DNA from: an uncultured Verrucomicrobiae bacterium
GTDB taxonomy: Bacteria > Verrucomicrobiota > Verrucomicrobiia > Chthoniobacterales > UBA10450
Direction of reading: 5' to 3'
DNA length: 64,000 nt
Assembly (NCBI GenBank): GCA_963756875.1
Contig: CAVWPA010000003.1
Location: 32,001 to 96,000 of the forward strand
Position numbers and translations under genes: made by a program. The notes under the pieces are model-generated. The model saw only the letters and a list, made by a program, of their open reading frames with translations, was not told where the DNA came from and searched no databases. This document shows, in pieces, positions 43,364 to 52,993 of the stretch. Positions within the stretch are counted from its first letter, which is position 1. Every line of letters begins with the position of its first letter.

Positions 43364-45925
43364 TTAAAAGCTCCAGGTGAAACCGCCGCTGACGCCGTTG
43401 CTGCTGTAATTGCCGCGGCCCAGTAACCCGTCGTAGTAGACGTAAATGGCGAAAGCGCGGTTAAGTTGTGCGCTGGCGCCTGCTCTCACCTGCGCGGCGT
43501 CGCGGCCAACATTCGGTCCGTAGACTGTGAAAACCCCGGGGCAATTAAAGAAGCTCGCGTCGATTGGATAGGCTGAATCGTTGAATTCATGCAGCCACGC
43601 AGCACTGAATTCGGGGCGGATGATTACGCTCTTGGATGCGTGCAGATCGTAGGTGGCTCTTACCCCGGCCGTGCTTTGCAGTGAGTCCTCATCCTGATCC
43701 GGGAAATCCAATGGTGCCAGGGAACCTCTCTCCCCGAAATGATCGATGTTCACATCGGTGTACTGGAAGGTAGCCCTTGGCCCGACATTGAGGCAACCAA
43801 AGTGCCAGTCGTAACCGAACGCGCCCAGCACATCGTATTGAGCGCCTTTGGTGCTGCCGATGGCATCACCCAAAAGAGCGGCGCGCCTTGTCTTGTAATC
43901 GTTCCAGGTGCCGCCACCACTGACATCGACATAAAATGGTCCGGAGAACCAGGTCGCAAACCCGCCCACGTTGCCTCCGTTGGTGGTGACCCGGCCGTCG
44001 TAAACCAGGTTGGCTATGCCGGCGTCGTAGCCGCCGTAAATGCCAAACGCCAAATTGTGCAATAAGCGGTAATCGATTCCTACGCTGAAGTTGCCGTTGG
44101 AAAGATTGTAGCCGGTGGCGTTGTCATCGTCGTCTCCGACATTAACAAACTGGCCCGAGCCGGTGGCCCAGATGCCCCAGCGATTTTCAGGGGCGGGGAC
44201 AAAGGCCGGCGCGGGGTTCTTGTTTAAGACCTCTTTGCCGTCGGACTCCTTGCTATAACTGGGAGTGGGCATTTCCACTGCAACGCTCGAGCAAAACCCG
44301 GTCGACCCTGCGCGGATATCATCCATGCGCTGCATGAGATTGACTCCCTGCATGTTGGCCTGGGTGAAGCCCATCTCGTAAATGGAAGCCATCTCTTCGG
44401 GCGCGATCAGGTCGTAGGTGGCGGGCAGATCTGCCAGCGGCACCTGTCCCTCGAAGGCGATCACGTTTGGCACGCAGTTATCCAGGAACGCGTTGTCCAA
44501 CGCCGCGCCGACAGCCCTTTGGTTACGCGTGATGCCTTGCGATTCGAATGTATTCGAAAACGCAAAGCCGATGTCCACGGTGAAGGGATCATCATAAAGC
44601 GCAATCGGCTGGACTAGACCATTCCATCCGACCGGATCCAGAACATCGAACTCACCGGTCCGGGTGCAGACGATGTCGGTTCGGAGGATCGTAACCCGAT
44701 CGCCGGGCAATGGCATGAAGTTGTTCGTTCGCACAACCTCCAGCGTCCCGCCGTCGATATAAATATTCCCGTGCACGAAAAGCAGATCGGCATCGACTCC
44801 TTCATTCAAGCCGCCGATCTCCGCCCGGAAAGTGCCATCGACACGATTATAATAGTCGTTTTGCACCCTGAGGGTCCCGGGAGAATCGCCTGGGCTCACG
44901 ATGCCGTGATTTTCCACGTTGGCGTAAATGGTTCCGTTGCCGGCGAGAGTACCGTCTGTCTTTACAACAGTGTCGCTGGCAATCGAGCCATCCACCTGCA
45001 ACACCCCTTCGTAGATGTTCGTGCCGCCGGTATAAGTATTAGTCCCGGACAAAATGAGCGTGCCGGTGCCCACTTTAGAGATCGACCCGCCGCTGCCGCC
45101 GCTTGTCCCGCCATCCTGAATCACGCCGGAAAAAGTCGTGCTCGTGTTGTTTCCTCCGACCGCCAGGCTTTTGGAGCCGAGCCGGAGGTTGCCGGCGCCG
45201 GCGATCGATCCCGCCGTCATTCCGCCGTTGGTCAGGCCGGAGATGTCGATGAACGCATCGGCCGCCCCATTAATAAGCGTCGCGGTGCCGCCGGTCGAAG
45301 TGCCGTAAAAACTCACATAGCTGGCGATGGAGCTGTTCGTGATGGTGGCATTGCCCGCGGTGGCGCTGTCGTGAAAAAACGTAGCGCTCTCGAACGCGGT
45401 GCTCGTGATGTTGGCGTTGGCGGCGGTCGAATTGTTGTTAAATTCGGTGAAGCTGGCCATGCCGCTGTTGGTAATGGCGGCGTTTGCGGCTGTCGCGCCG
45501 TTATTGAAACGGGTATCGCTGTTGCCACCGCTGTTCTCGATCGTCTGGGTATTGGCGGAATCATTGGTAATGCCCGTGCCACTTATGATTAGAGTTTGGT
45601 TCGCTCCAGAATTCAGCAGCGTAAACCCTCCGGCATTGGCGCTGAAATTGATGTCGTTGACGTTAATGTTTGCGCCGAGCGTGACCGTTCCTCCGCCGGT
45701 GCCGTTAAAGTTGGCAATGTTACTGTCCCACATCGCCGCGGTGTAACCGGGAAAAGTGCTGCTCCACTGCATGTTTGCGTTGTCCCACGTGCCGCTGCCC
45801 GCCGTGGCGGGATTCGATCCCGTGCCAGCCCAGTAAAGCTGCGCGGAAGCGTGCCCGGCAAACATGACCGTGAAAATGACGGACAGGCAAAACGCCAGAG
45901 TAGGTTTTCGTAGTTGTATCTTCAT
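43364..45925 (-). CDS. autotransporter with beta-helical passenger and autotransporter-associated beta-strand repeat
   Basis: Signal peptide from MKIQL; Asn/Thr/Gly-rich repeats; KVGTGTLILSGTNTYTGGTNI; beta-barrel ending in FTWSF. Confidence 0.9.
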   Translation of the reverse strand: MKIQLRKPTLAFCLSVIFTVMFAGHASAQLYWAGTGSNPATAGSGTWDNANMQWSSTFPGYTAAMWDSNIANFNGTGGGTVTLGANINVNDINFSANAGGFTLLNSGANQTLIISGTGITNDSANTQTIENSGGNSDTRFNNGATAANAAITNSGMASFTEFNNNSTAANANITSTAFESATFFHDSATAGNATITNSSIASYVSFYGTSTGGTATLINGAADAFIDISGLTNGGMTAGSIAGAGNLRLGSKSLAVGGNNTSTTFSGVIQDGGTSGGSGGSISKVGTGTLILSGTNTYTGGTNIYEGVLQVDGSIASDTVVKTDGTLAGNGTIYANVENHGIVSPGDSPGTLRVQNDYYNRVDGTFRAEIGGLNEGVDADLLFVHGNIYIDGGTLEVVRTNNFMPLPGDRVTILRTDIVCTRTGEFDVLDPVGWNGLVQPIALYDDPFTVDIGFAFSNTFESQGITRNQRAVGAALDNAFLDNCVPNVIAFEGQVPLADLPATYDLIAPEEMASIYEMGFTQANMQGVNLMQRMDDIRAGSTGFCSSVAVEMPTPSYSKESDGKEVLNKNPAPAFVPAPENRWGIWATGSGQFVNVGDDDDNATGYNLSNGNFSVGIDYRLLHNLAFGIYGGYDAGIANLVYDGRVTTNGGNVGGFATWFSGPFYVDVSGGGTWNDYKTRRAALLGDAIGSTKGAQYDVLGAFGYDWHFGCLNVGPRATFQYTDVNIDHFGERGSLAPLDFPDQDEDSLQSTAGVRATYDLHASKSVIIRPEFSAAWLHEFNDSAYPIDASFFNCPGVFTVYGPNVGRDAAQVRAGASAQLNRAFAIYVYYDGLLGRGNYSSNGVSGGFTWSF

Positions 45926-46011
45926 GGTTGCGATTCTTCCTGCCCAAATGGCGCCGCATGTTTGCCCGATTCGATTCCCAATGTCCAGCCCGAAGGCAAA
46001 AATTCGACGAG

Positions 46012-46062
46012 GTGGCATCGGCATCCATGCCGATGAGACATGGGTATGGGAGCCCATGCCAC
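46012..46062. repeat. GTGG-type REP doublet
   Basis: gtggcatcggcatccatgccgatg-aga-catgggtatgggagcccatgccac. Confidence 0.75.
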
Positions 46063-46266
46063 CGGCAGATCGCGTTGTCCGGCAACGCCGAATGGGTAAA
46101 TACGCCTACTCGACATTAGTGTCGATTACGCAACCTGAGACTGATGCCCGGTTCGCTCGGGAACTTTGGCGACGCCCAGCCGTCCATGAAGGGGTTCCGC
46201 GGAAGCCTGCGAAGTCCAAAAGCTTTCCGTCGCAGGCGGTCTCTCGTTCGGTGCAGATCGCTCCGG

Positions 46267-47362
46267 CTACGGATAAAGGATTTTGAGATACCAGCCGACC
46301 AAACTCTCCCCAAAAAACAACCAGCTTAGCGCGCCCAGAGCCAGATAAGGCCCAAAAGGAAGTTTGGCGGACCAGACACGCTTACCGATGAGCAGGGTCA
46401 CGATTCCGACGATCGAACCGAGCAGCGACCCGGCAAAGATGCTGAAGAGAACGGCGCGCCATCCCAGGAACGCACCAATCGCCGCGAGGAACTTCAGATC
46501 GCCGCGACCCATGGCCTCTCTCGGTATTTGTAACGTGCGCACCACGCCCGAGATTTCGTTCACCTGATCGAGCGCTAATTCGCACTCTCCCGCCTGGACG
46601 CGGTCATAATAAAACTTCAGCTCCGCAGCGCCAAACGTCCGGTCGTCGATTCGCGCTTCGTCGCAACGCAGAATCAGCAAATCCCTTTCCCGTATGAAAT
46701 GCTCGCTCCAGGTGCTGCGTTCCTCGCCCACCACCAAATCGGCGTCGTCCCCGCGCCGGGTCCAGGTAAACCGGGTCGGTTCATCGAGCCTGATATTTTT
46801 TCGGCCAAATACGAGCTTCCCCGCTTCCAGGACGAACAACAGGACGAAGTATCCCAGCGCCGCCGATAACACCGACATCAGCGAGCGCGCTCCAGCGGCT
46901 TTCCGAGCGCATGAGTTCCGGGAGAATGAAACTGCTGACAAGTCCGGCGATCGTTCCGCCCCACGTCACTTCATCAGGAATGATGTAGTGCTCAAAATCG
47001 ATGAACGTCGCAACGATCAGGATCGAAACAAAAACGCCATATGCGATCGCAACCGGCCACGGGAAGAGTCGCCAGATAGCAAGGAAAAGGAGCGCAGTGA
47101 GAAGCTCTACCCCAAAGTAACGAAACCCGATTTTGTGTCTGCAATTGGCGCAACGCCCCCGCAGCACGAGCCAGCTGACGAGCGGAATGTTCTGGTGCCA
47201 GGGAATTTCCTTTTTGCAATGGGGACAAAACGAGCGGCGCGGCCGATTGACAGAAAGATCGCGAGGCAAACGATAAATGCAGACGTTCAAGAACGAGCCG
47301 ACGACTGCGCCGAGGCCGAATGCGAACGCGCTGAAGAGAAAGCCGTAGGTTGATTCGTTCAC
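46267..47362 (-). CDS. pilD: prepilin peptidase (A24) with inserted soluble region; frameshift near 46882
   Basis: GSFLNVCIYRLPR, CPHC/CANC, FIDFEHYIIPD in ORF 46781..47362; AMGRGDLKF, LPFGPYL in ORF 46267..46941. Confidence 0.9.
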
Positions 47363-47366
47363 GCGA

Positions 47367-48149
47367 TCAGGCAGCGGGAGTGGTTGATTTCCGCCGCTCC
47401 ATGAACCACGCGATCCAGATGCAACTTTCGTAAAGCACGCACATCGGTAACGCCATTGCCACCAATGTCAGCACGTCCGGGGTTGGCGTGATGATACTGG
47501 CGAGAATAAAGATAAGGACGATCGCGTAAGGCCGGGTGCGCGCCATAAACTTATAGGTAACAAGTCCGAACCTGACCAACGCCAGAACAACCACCGGCAA
47601 TTCAAAGGCAAGACCGAACCCGATAACGAACCGGGTAACGAACGAATAATATTGTTGCACGGTCCACGTAGGCGCCCAGCCGAGCGACTCCGTGTCGCGA
47701 AAGAAGAAAAGAATCGTTTTCGGCAGCAACCAAAAATAACAAACCAGCACACCAAGCAAAAAAAGGCCGAAGCTGACGAAGATTGCGGGAAACAAGAATC
47801 GTTTTTCAACAGCAGTGAGGGCGGGCAGCACAAACTCAGCCAAAAAATAGAGAAGGATTGGAAAAGAAACGGCGATACCCGCATAAAACGCCAGGTGAAA
47901 CGAGATCACAATGGAGTCGGTGATTCCGAGAGCCTTAAGCGCCCCGATTTTTGAACCGACATCATGTAAAGGCACCTGCAGGACGCGCACAAGGGTCCCG
48001 CGAAAGGCGAAGCATAAAATCATGGCAACAACCAGGGTGATCGCCATTTTCACGATCATCCATCGCAGGTCCTCGAGATGCTCGAGAAACGGTTTCGACG
48101 TTTCGCTCTCGGGCAGCTCACGAAATTTGAAAATGTCCCGCAGCGCCAT
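47367..48149 (-). CDS. tatC: twin-arginine translocase subunit C
   Basis: FLEHLEDLR, FVLPAL, FELPVV, IITPTPD, PMCVLYE. Confidence 0.95.
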   Translation of the reverse strand: MALRDIFKFRELPESETSKPFLEHLEDLRWMIVKMAITLVVAMILCFAFRGTLVRVLQVPLHDVGSKIGALKALGITDSIVISFHLAFYAGIAVSFPILLYFLAEFVLPALTAVEKRFLFPAIFVSFGLFLLGVLVCYFWLLPKTILFFFRDTESLGWAPTWTVQQYYSFVTRFVIGFGLAFELPVVVLALVRFGLVTYKFMARTRPYAIVLIFILASIITPTPDVLTLVAMALPMCVLYESCIWIAWFMERRKSTTPAA

Positions 48150-48164
48150 GTGATCGGCAATTAA

Positions 48165-48773
48165 TTAATGCGAATCAAGCGAGAGGAGCCCGCGTGCCGC
48201 CAGCCGCGCGCAAATGCCGAGCGTGTTGGCGTCGCGAATCTCGTTTTCAGCGATCATGCGGCACAGCTCTTCGGCCGAAAACGGGCGGCACTCGATAATT
48301 GATTCCGTCTCATCACGCACATAACCGGCGCACGGCCGAACCGGCCGGGCGAGCAAAAAGTATCCATGCTCATCGGTAAATCCCGGCGAGCAAAAAAAAT
48401 GCCCGAGCTCGATCAGTTCGCCGCCTGCCGCCAGTTCGTAGCCCGCTTCCTCGCGAAGTTCGCGCAGGCCTGTCTTCTGAATTTCATTTCGGTCCGGCTC
48501 ATGCGCGCTGTCGATCTGACCCGAGGGCATTTCCCAGATCGTGGTGCGAATCGGAATGCGTTCCTGACGAATCAGGACGATTTTCCCATCCTGAGTCATC
48601 GGCGCAACAATTACAGCGGCCTTGCGACGCACCACGGTCCAGGAACGCGGCTTGGAGCGCATCGGCGTCCGCACGTAATCGGTTACCACTTCGACATGCG
48701 CGTTCGCAAAGTGCGGCTCGCTCGAAATAGTTTCCCAGCCATCGGCATCGTGGACCAGCCCGTCTCGTATCAC
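48165..48773 (-). CDS. NUDIX hydrolase (ADP-ribose pyrophosphatase-like)
   Basis: EMPSGQID...LRELREEAGY Nudix box, SPGFTDE, IRDANT; start uncertain. Confidence 0.88.
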   Translation of the reverse strand: MIRDGLVHDADGWETISSEPHFANAHVEVVTDYVRTPMRSKPRSWTVVRRKAAVIVAPMTQDGKIVLIRQERIPIRTTIWEMPSGQIDSAHEPDRNEIQKTGLRELREEAGYELAAGGELIELGHFFCSPGFTDEHGYFLLARPVRPCAGYVRDETESIIECRPFSAEELCRMIAENEIRDANTLGICARLAARGLLSLDSH

Positions 48774-48837
48774 GCGGTGAACTGTAGAGGCCGCTCTCCT
48801 CAGCGGCAATCACCGGATTTTGTAATCAAACTCGCCC

Positions 48838-50211
48838 CTATCGCTTCGCCAGCTGTTTTTTCCAGCGCTCGATTTGCGCGGCGACGTTCTCCGGTGAAGG
48901 CGCGCCAGTCGCGCGCCGCGCCGCAAGTGAGCGACGCGCATCGAAAATGTTCGCCATGTCGGCATCGAACATGGGAGAGAATTTCTTCAACTCGGCCCAT
49001 GGCATTTCGCTCAGTCGCGCTCCCTGCTCGATCGTCCGGGCGACAACCTTGCCAACGATCTCGTGAGCCTCTCGAAACGGCGTTCCTTTCTTTACCAGAT
49101 ATTCTGCGAGATCGGTGGCAAGAAGATTCGGATCGTTCGCCGCGGCTTCCATGCGGCCACGGTTGATTTTAATCTCCGGCAGCATTGCCGAAAAAAGCTC
49201 CAAAGCCGCGGCAATTGTGTCCACGGAATCGAAAAGCGCTTCCTTGTCTTCCTGTAAATCGCGATTGTAAGACGTTGGCAGACCTTTCATGACCGTCAGG
49301 ATGGACATCAGATTCCCATAAAGCCGCCCGGTCTTGCCGCGCGTGAGCTCGGCCATGTCCGGATTTTTCTTCTGAGGCATCAAACTCGATCCCGTGGAAA
49401 AAGCGTCGCTCAACTCGACGAAACCGAACTCGCTCGTGCTCCAGAGAATCAGGTCCTCGCTCAGGCGCGAGAGATGCATTCCGATCATGGCGAGACAAAA
49501 CAAAAACTCGCAGACGAAATCGCGGTCGCCCACCGCGTCGAGACTATTCTGACTGACACGCGCAAAGCCGAGTTCGCGCGCCATCGATTCACGATCCAGG
49601 ACAATGGTGGAGCCGGCCAGCGCGCCGGAACCGAGCGGAAACACATCGACCCGCCCGAGACAATCATGCAACCGATCCACATCGCGATCCAGCGCCTCGA
49701 TCTGGCCTAACAAGTGGTGAGCAAGCAGAATCGGTTGGGCGCGCTGCAAATGCGTGTATCCCGGCATGACAACGTCGGCATGGCTGCTGGCGAGATCCAG
49801 CAGAGCGGCTTGCAACCGTACGATCCCTGACCCAATCCCGCCGGCCTGATCCTTGACGAACAGCCGAAGATCGAGCGCAACCTGATCGTTTCGACTGCGG
49901 GCGGTATGCAGCTTCGCCCCGGCCGCGCCGATCCGCTTTGCCAAGGCCGCCTCGATATTCATGTGCACGTCTTCGAGCGAGGCATCCCAGTGGAACTTTC
50001 CACTGTCGATTTCCTTTTCAATTTCGCGCAATCCCGCGGCGATTTCGTCGCGCTCCTCCGCAGATCAGGATCCCGGCCTGGGTCAGCGCCGCTGGCGTGA
50101 GCGATGGAGCCGGCTGATGTCATAACGAAACAGGCGCTGATCGAAAGAAACCGACTCACTGTAACCCTGCGCGGATTCGGCAACTGAACGGTTGAATCTT
50201 CCCTTGCGCAT
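48838..50211 (-). CDS. argH: argininosuccinate lyase (three extra bases at about 50065, 50093, 50115 disrupt the 5' end)
   Basis: EDVHMNIE, HTARSRNDQ, PGYTHLQRAQP, GSSLMPQKKNPD; corrected N-terminus MRKGRF...SFDQRLFRYDIAGSIAHAAAL. Confidence 0.95.
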
Positions 50212-50361
50212 GTTTCAACCGGCCGCGGCACCTGAATCGTCATCTGCCGACGCGTTACTGGAACCCATAGGACTCACGAAACCTTCGTTTCGCCGCATAC
50301 CCCAGAATAGTCAATCCTGTTTCGGCGATGCTGCCGTTGAACCTCCGTTTTCCGTGTCGCT

Positions 50362-50733
50362 TCAACCGACGCGTGCTCGTCGCGTCACGCTTACCGAAGC
50401 ATAGGCGGCGTCGGCCAAAACGAACTTGCGCACCTCCACAACGATCTTTCGAATGGCAAAGCTCCGTAGCAAATGGGCTGCGATCCGGTCGGCCAGAGTC
50501 TCGATCAGTTTGGGCGATTGCTGCCGCGCGAATTTCTTGGCTTCTTCACAAACGGCGGAATAGTCCACCGTCCGCCAGATCTCGTCGTTCAGATCCCGAA
50601 AGTCGCGCACCGGCCAGAGCGTCAGGTTGACGATGAGTCGTTGCCGCTTCGCCCGCTCGGCTTTTGGAACGCCAACACGCGCGGAGACTTTGAGCTGCTC
50701 AATATGAATCTCATGACCGGGCCCGGTTCTCAT
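50362..50733 (-). CDS. folB: dihydroneopterin aldolase
   Basis: VGVPKAER..RQRL, TVDYSAV, LIETLADRIA, VEVRK. Confidence 0.9.
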   Translation of the reverse strand: MRTGPGHEIHIEQLKVSARVGVPKAERAKRQRLIVNLTLWPVRDFRDLNDEIWRTVDYSAVCEEAKKFARQQSPKLIETLADRIAAHLLRSFAIRKIVVEVRKFVLADAAYASVSVTRRARVG

Positions 50734-51091
50734 CCGAACCTTAGCATCCGTTAGCGTTGGGCCTGAGCGCAACAATGGATTGAGCAGGTGGAACCGGCAA
50801 ACCGCGCGCTCCAGCAGCATTGATAGGCCGCTGATGCTGACGATGCGATTATTTAACCTTCACGACGTTGCCAGTAAAAACTAGAATGGGGAGGCCGCTC
50901 GTTTCGGCTTATTTCAGCAGAATCCAATTTGATTGCTGCTCAGCCCACCACAAAGGCGAGCCTCTTCGGCGACTGTGCCGCGGAAGCGCTGCCTGATTTC
51001 TTACAAGAGCTCGATCTTGCGAACGGCGCTCGAATTTGGGAAAAATGGTTCAAGCGACCAAGGCCACAACCTGAAACCGTCGGCTCAACGA

Positions 51092-52522
51092 ATGGATAGA
51101 CACCGTCAAACATTTCTGGACAAGCTGCAAGCGAACGCGTTCGCGCGGGTTGACATCGCTTCTCTCGTTTTTTTTCGGATCGCTTTCGGCCTTTTAATAG
51201 TCTGGAGGGTCCAGTGGGCCTGGTCGCTTCATCGGATTGAGCAGTGGTGGATCGCCCCGCGTTTTCTGTTCAAATATCACGGATTTTCCTGGGTCCATCC
51301 CTGGCCCGGCAACGGACTTTACATTCACTGGCTCGTTCTCGGCATTCTGGCGCTGTTCATTGCAGCCGGTTTTCTCTATCGCGCCAGCACCGTTCTTTTT
51401 TTCCTAAGCCACACCTATTTCTTCCTTCTGGACCAGGGACGGTACGTCAATCACACCTACCTCATTTGTCTGTTCGGCTTCCTTTTGATTTTTGTTCCGG
51501 CGCACCGCGCATTCTCCATCGACGCGTGGCTGTTCCCCAGGATTCGCTCGCAGACGGCTCCGGCCTGGTCGCTCTGGCTGCTGCGCGCCCAAATGGGTGT
51601 GGTTTATTTCTTCGCCGGCGTGGCGAAAATTTCGTCCGACTGGCTTCACGGCGAACCGATCCGAGGAATGCTGCCGCATACCAGCAGCTCTCCTTTCATA
51701 AATTATATGTTGCACCGGGAGTGGCTTCCCTACGCCGCCAGCTACGGCGGCCTTCTCTTTGATTTGTTTGTTGTGCCGCTGCTGCTTTGGCGCCGCACGC
51801 GGATCGCAGCTTTTTGTCTCGCGGTGTTATTTCATTTGGCTAACGCGCTGGCGTTTCCCATCGACATTTTCCCGTGGCTTGCCATCGCAGCCACGACGGT
51901 CTTTCTGTCGCCAAACTGGCCACGCCGGATCGTATCTTTTTTCCGAAAACCGGCGGCAGTCGCATCGCCTTCCACAGAGGAGATAAAGATGCCGTCACGG
52001 CCCAAGCGAATCTTGGTTTTGAGCTTTGTGACGATTTACATCGCAATCCAATTGCTGGTCCCCCTCCGTCATTTCCTTTATCCCGGTGGCATCGAATGGA
52101 CCTACATGGAACATCGTTTCAGCTGGCAAATGATGCTGCGGAACTATCGACTGATCACGTTTTTCTACGTTACCGATCCGAACAGCGGCGAGATATACCA
52201 GATAAGGCCGGAGACCTATCTGAACCGCGGACAGATCCAGCGCATGGGATGGCGGCCCGACATGGTCCAGCAATTTGCGCATTTCCTTGCCGAAATCGGG
52301 CCGCGTACCGGCATCAAGCCACTTCGGGTGGAAGTGCGAATGTTCGTCTCGGTGAACGGCCGAAAACCGCGGCTCTTTTTCGACCCGAACGTCGATCTCA
52401 ACGCCGAACCACGGACCTGGGGCCGGCCGCGTTGGCTTCTGCAAGTACACGAGCCCCTTCCTCCTCGCGGGCAAAACCTGTCCGGAGACCTCTTTGACTC
52501 ACCGCGCGATGGCTCGGAATGA
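51092..52522 (+). CDS. HTTM domain protein (vitamin K-dependent gamma-carboxylase-like)
   Basis: SLVFFRIAFG, YVNHTYL, VYFFAGVAKISSDWLHG, RFSWQMML, PDMVQQFAH, SVNGR, DPNVDL. Confidence 0.88.
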   Translation: MDRHRQTFLDKLQANAFARVDIASLVFFRIAFGLLIVWRVQWAWSLHRIEQWWIAPRFLFKYHGFSWVHPWPGNGLYIHWLVLGILALFIAAGFLYRASTVLFFLSHTYFFLLDQGRYVNHTYLICLFGFLLIFVPAHRAFSIDAWLFPRIRSQTAPAWSLWLLRAQMGVVYFFAGVAKISSDWLHGEPIRGMLPHTSSSPFINYMLHREWLPYAASYGGLLFDLFVVPLLLWRRTRIAAFCLAVLFHLANALAFPIDIFPWLAIAATTVFLSPNWPRRIVSFFRKPAAVASPSTEEIKMPSRPKRILVLSFVTIYIAIQLLVPLRHFLYPGGIEWTYMEHRFSWQMMLRNYRLITFFYVTDPNSGEIYQIRPETYLNRGQIQRMGWRPDMVQQFAHFLAEIGPRTGIKPLRVEVRMFVSVNGRKPRLFFDPNVDLNAEPRTWGRPRWLLQVHEPLPPRGQNLSGDLFDSPRDGSE

Positions 52523-52543
52523 TTTGCCTTAGTTAATCTTGGG

Positions 52544-52903
52544 TCAGCCGACCCGAAAACGGACGTCGCGGATGATTTTGCCGCCGAAACGCTGCTTGAG
52601 TTTTCTCAGGATGTCGGCCTTGGCGATCTGTTCGAGCTCGTAATGCAACGCCGGTTGCAGCACTCGCACATAGAGGACGCCTTCCCGCAGCGCCACCGGC
52701 GCGGAGTTCGCAGCGATAAATTCGCCGACAATTTTTTCCCAAGCCTCCATCACTTCCGTTTCGTCCAGCCGCTCCTTCAACCCGAGCCGCTGCATCAACC
52801 TTGGCAGGAGATCGCCAGGCGATTGCCACCGGTCGGGCTTCGAGAATTTTTCCGACAACCCGCGCCATTCAGCGATGGCACGCGCGCGAAGACTGGGATT
52901 CAT
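52544..52903 (-). CDS. DUF721 / DciA family protein
   Basis: AWEKIVGEFIAANSAP, GVLYVRV, IRDVRFRVG. Confidence 0.85.
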   Translation of the reverse strand: MNPSLRARAIAEWRGLSEKFSKPDRWQSPGDLLPRLMQRLGLKERLDETEVMEAWEKIVGEFIAANSAPVALREGVLYVRVLQPALHYELEQIAKADILRKLKQRFGGKIIRDVRFRVG

Positions 52904-52912
52904 GAGTCTGAC

Positions 52913-52984
52913 TGTAGCGGCGCTCCGTGAGCGTCGCATTCCTTTATTCTTTGGTTCGAGCGACGGTCATAGACCGCCGCTACA
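52913..52984. repeat. GTAG-type REP doublet
   Basis: tgtagcggcgctccgtgagcgtcgc ... gcgacggtcatagaccgccgctaca. Confidence 0.8.
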
Positions 52985-52993
52985 GAAGAATGC

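Noticed and set aside
46130..46200. CTGAGA motif suggesting a TPP riboswitch
   Set aside because: Downstream conserved elements are missing, and it faces away from the adjacent gene
50740..51090. 350-bp gap between folB and the HTTM gene examined for an ncRNA or gene remnant
   Set aside because: No recognisable RNA motif or credible ORF
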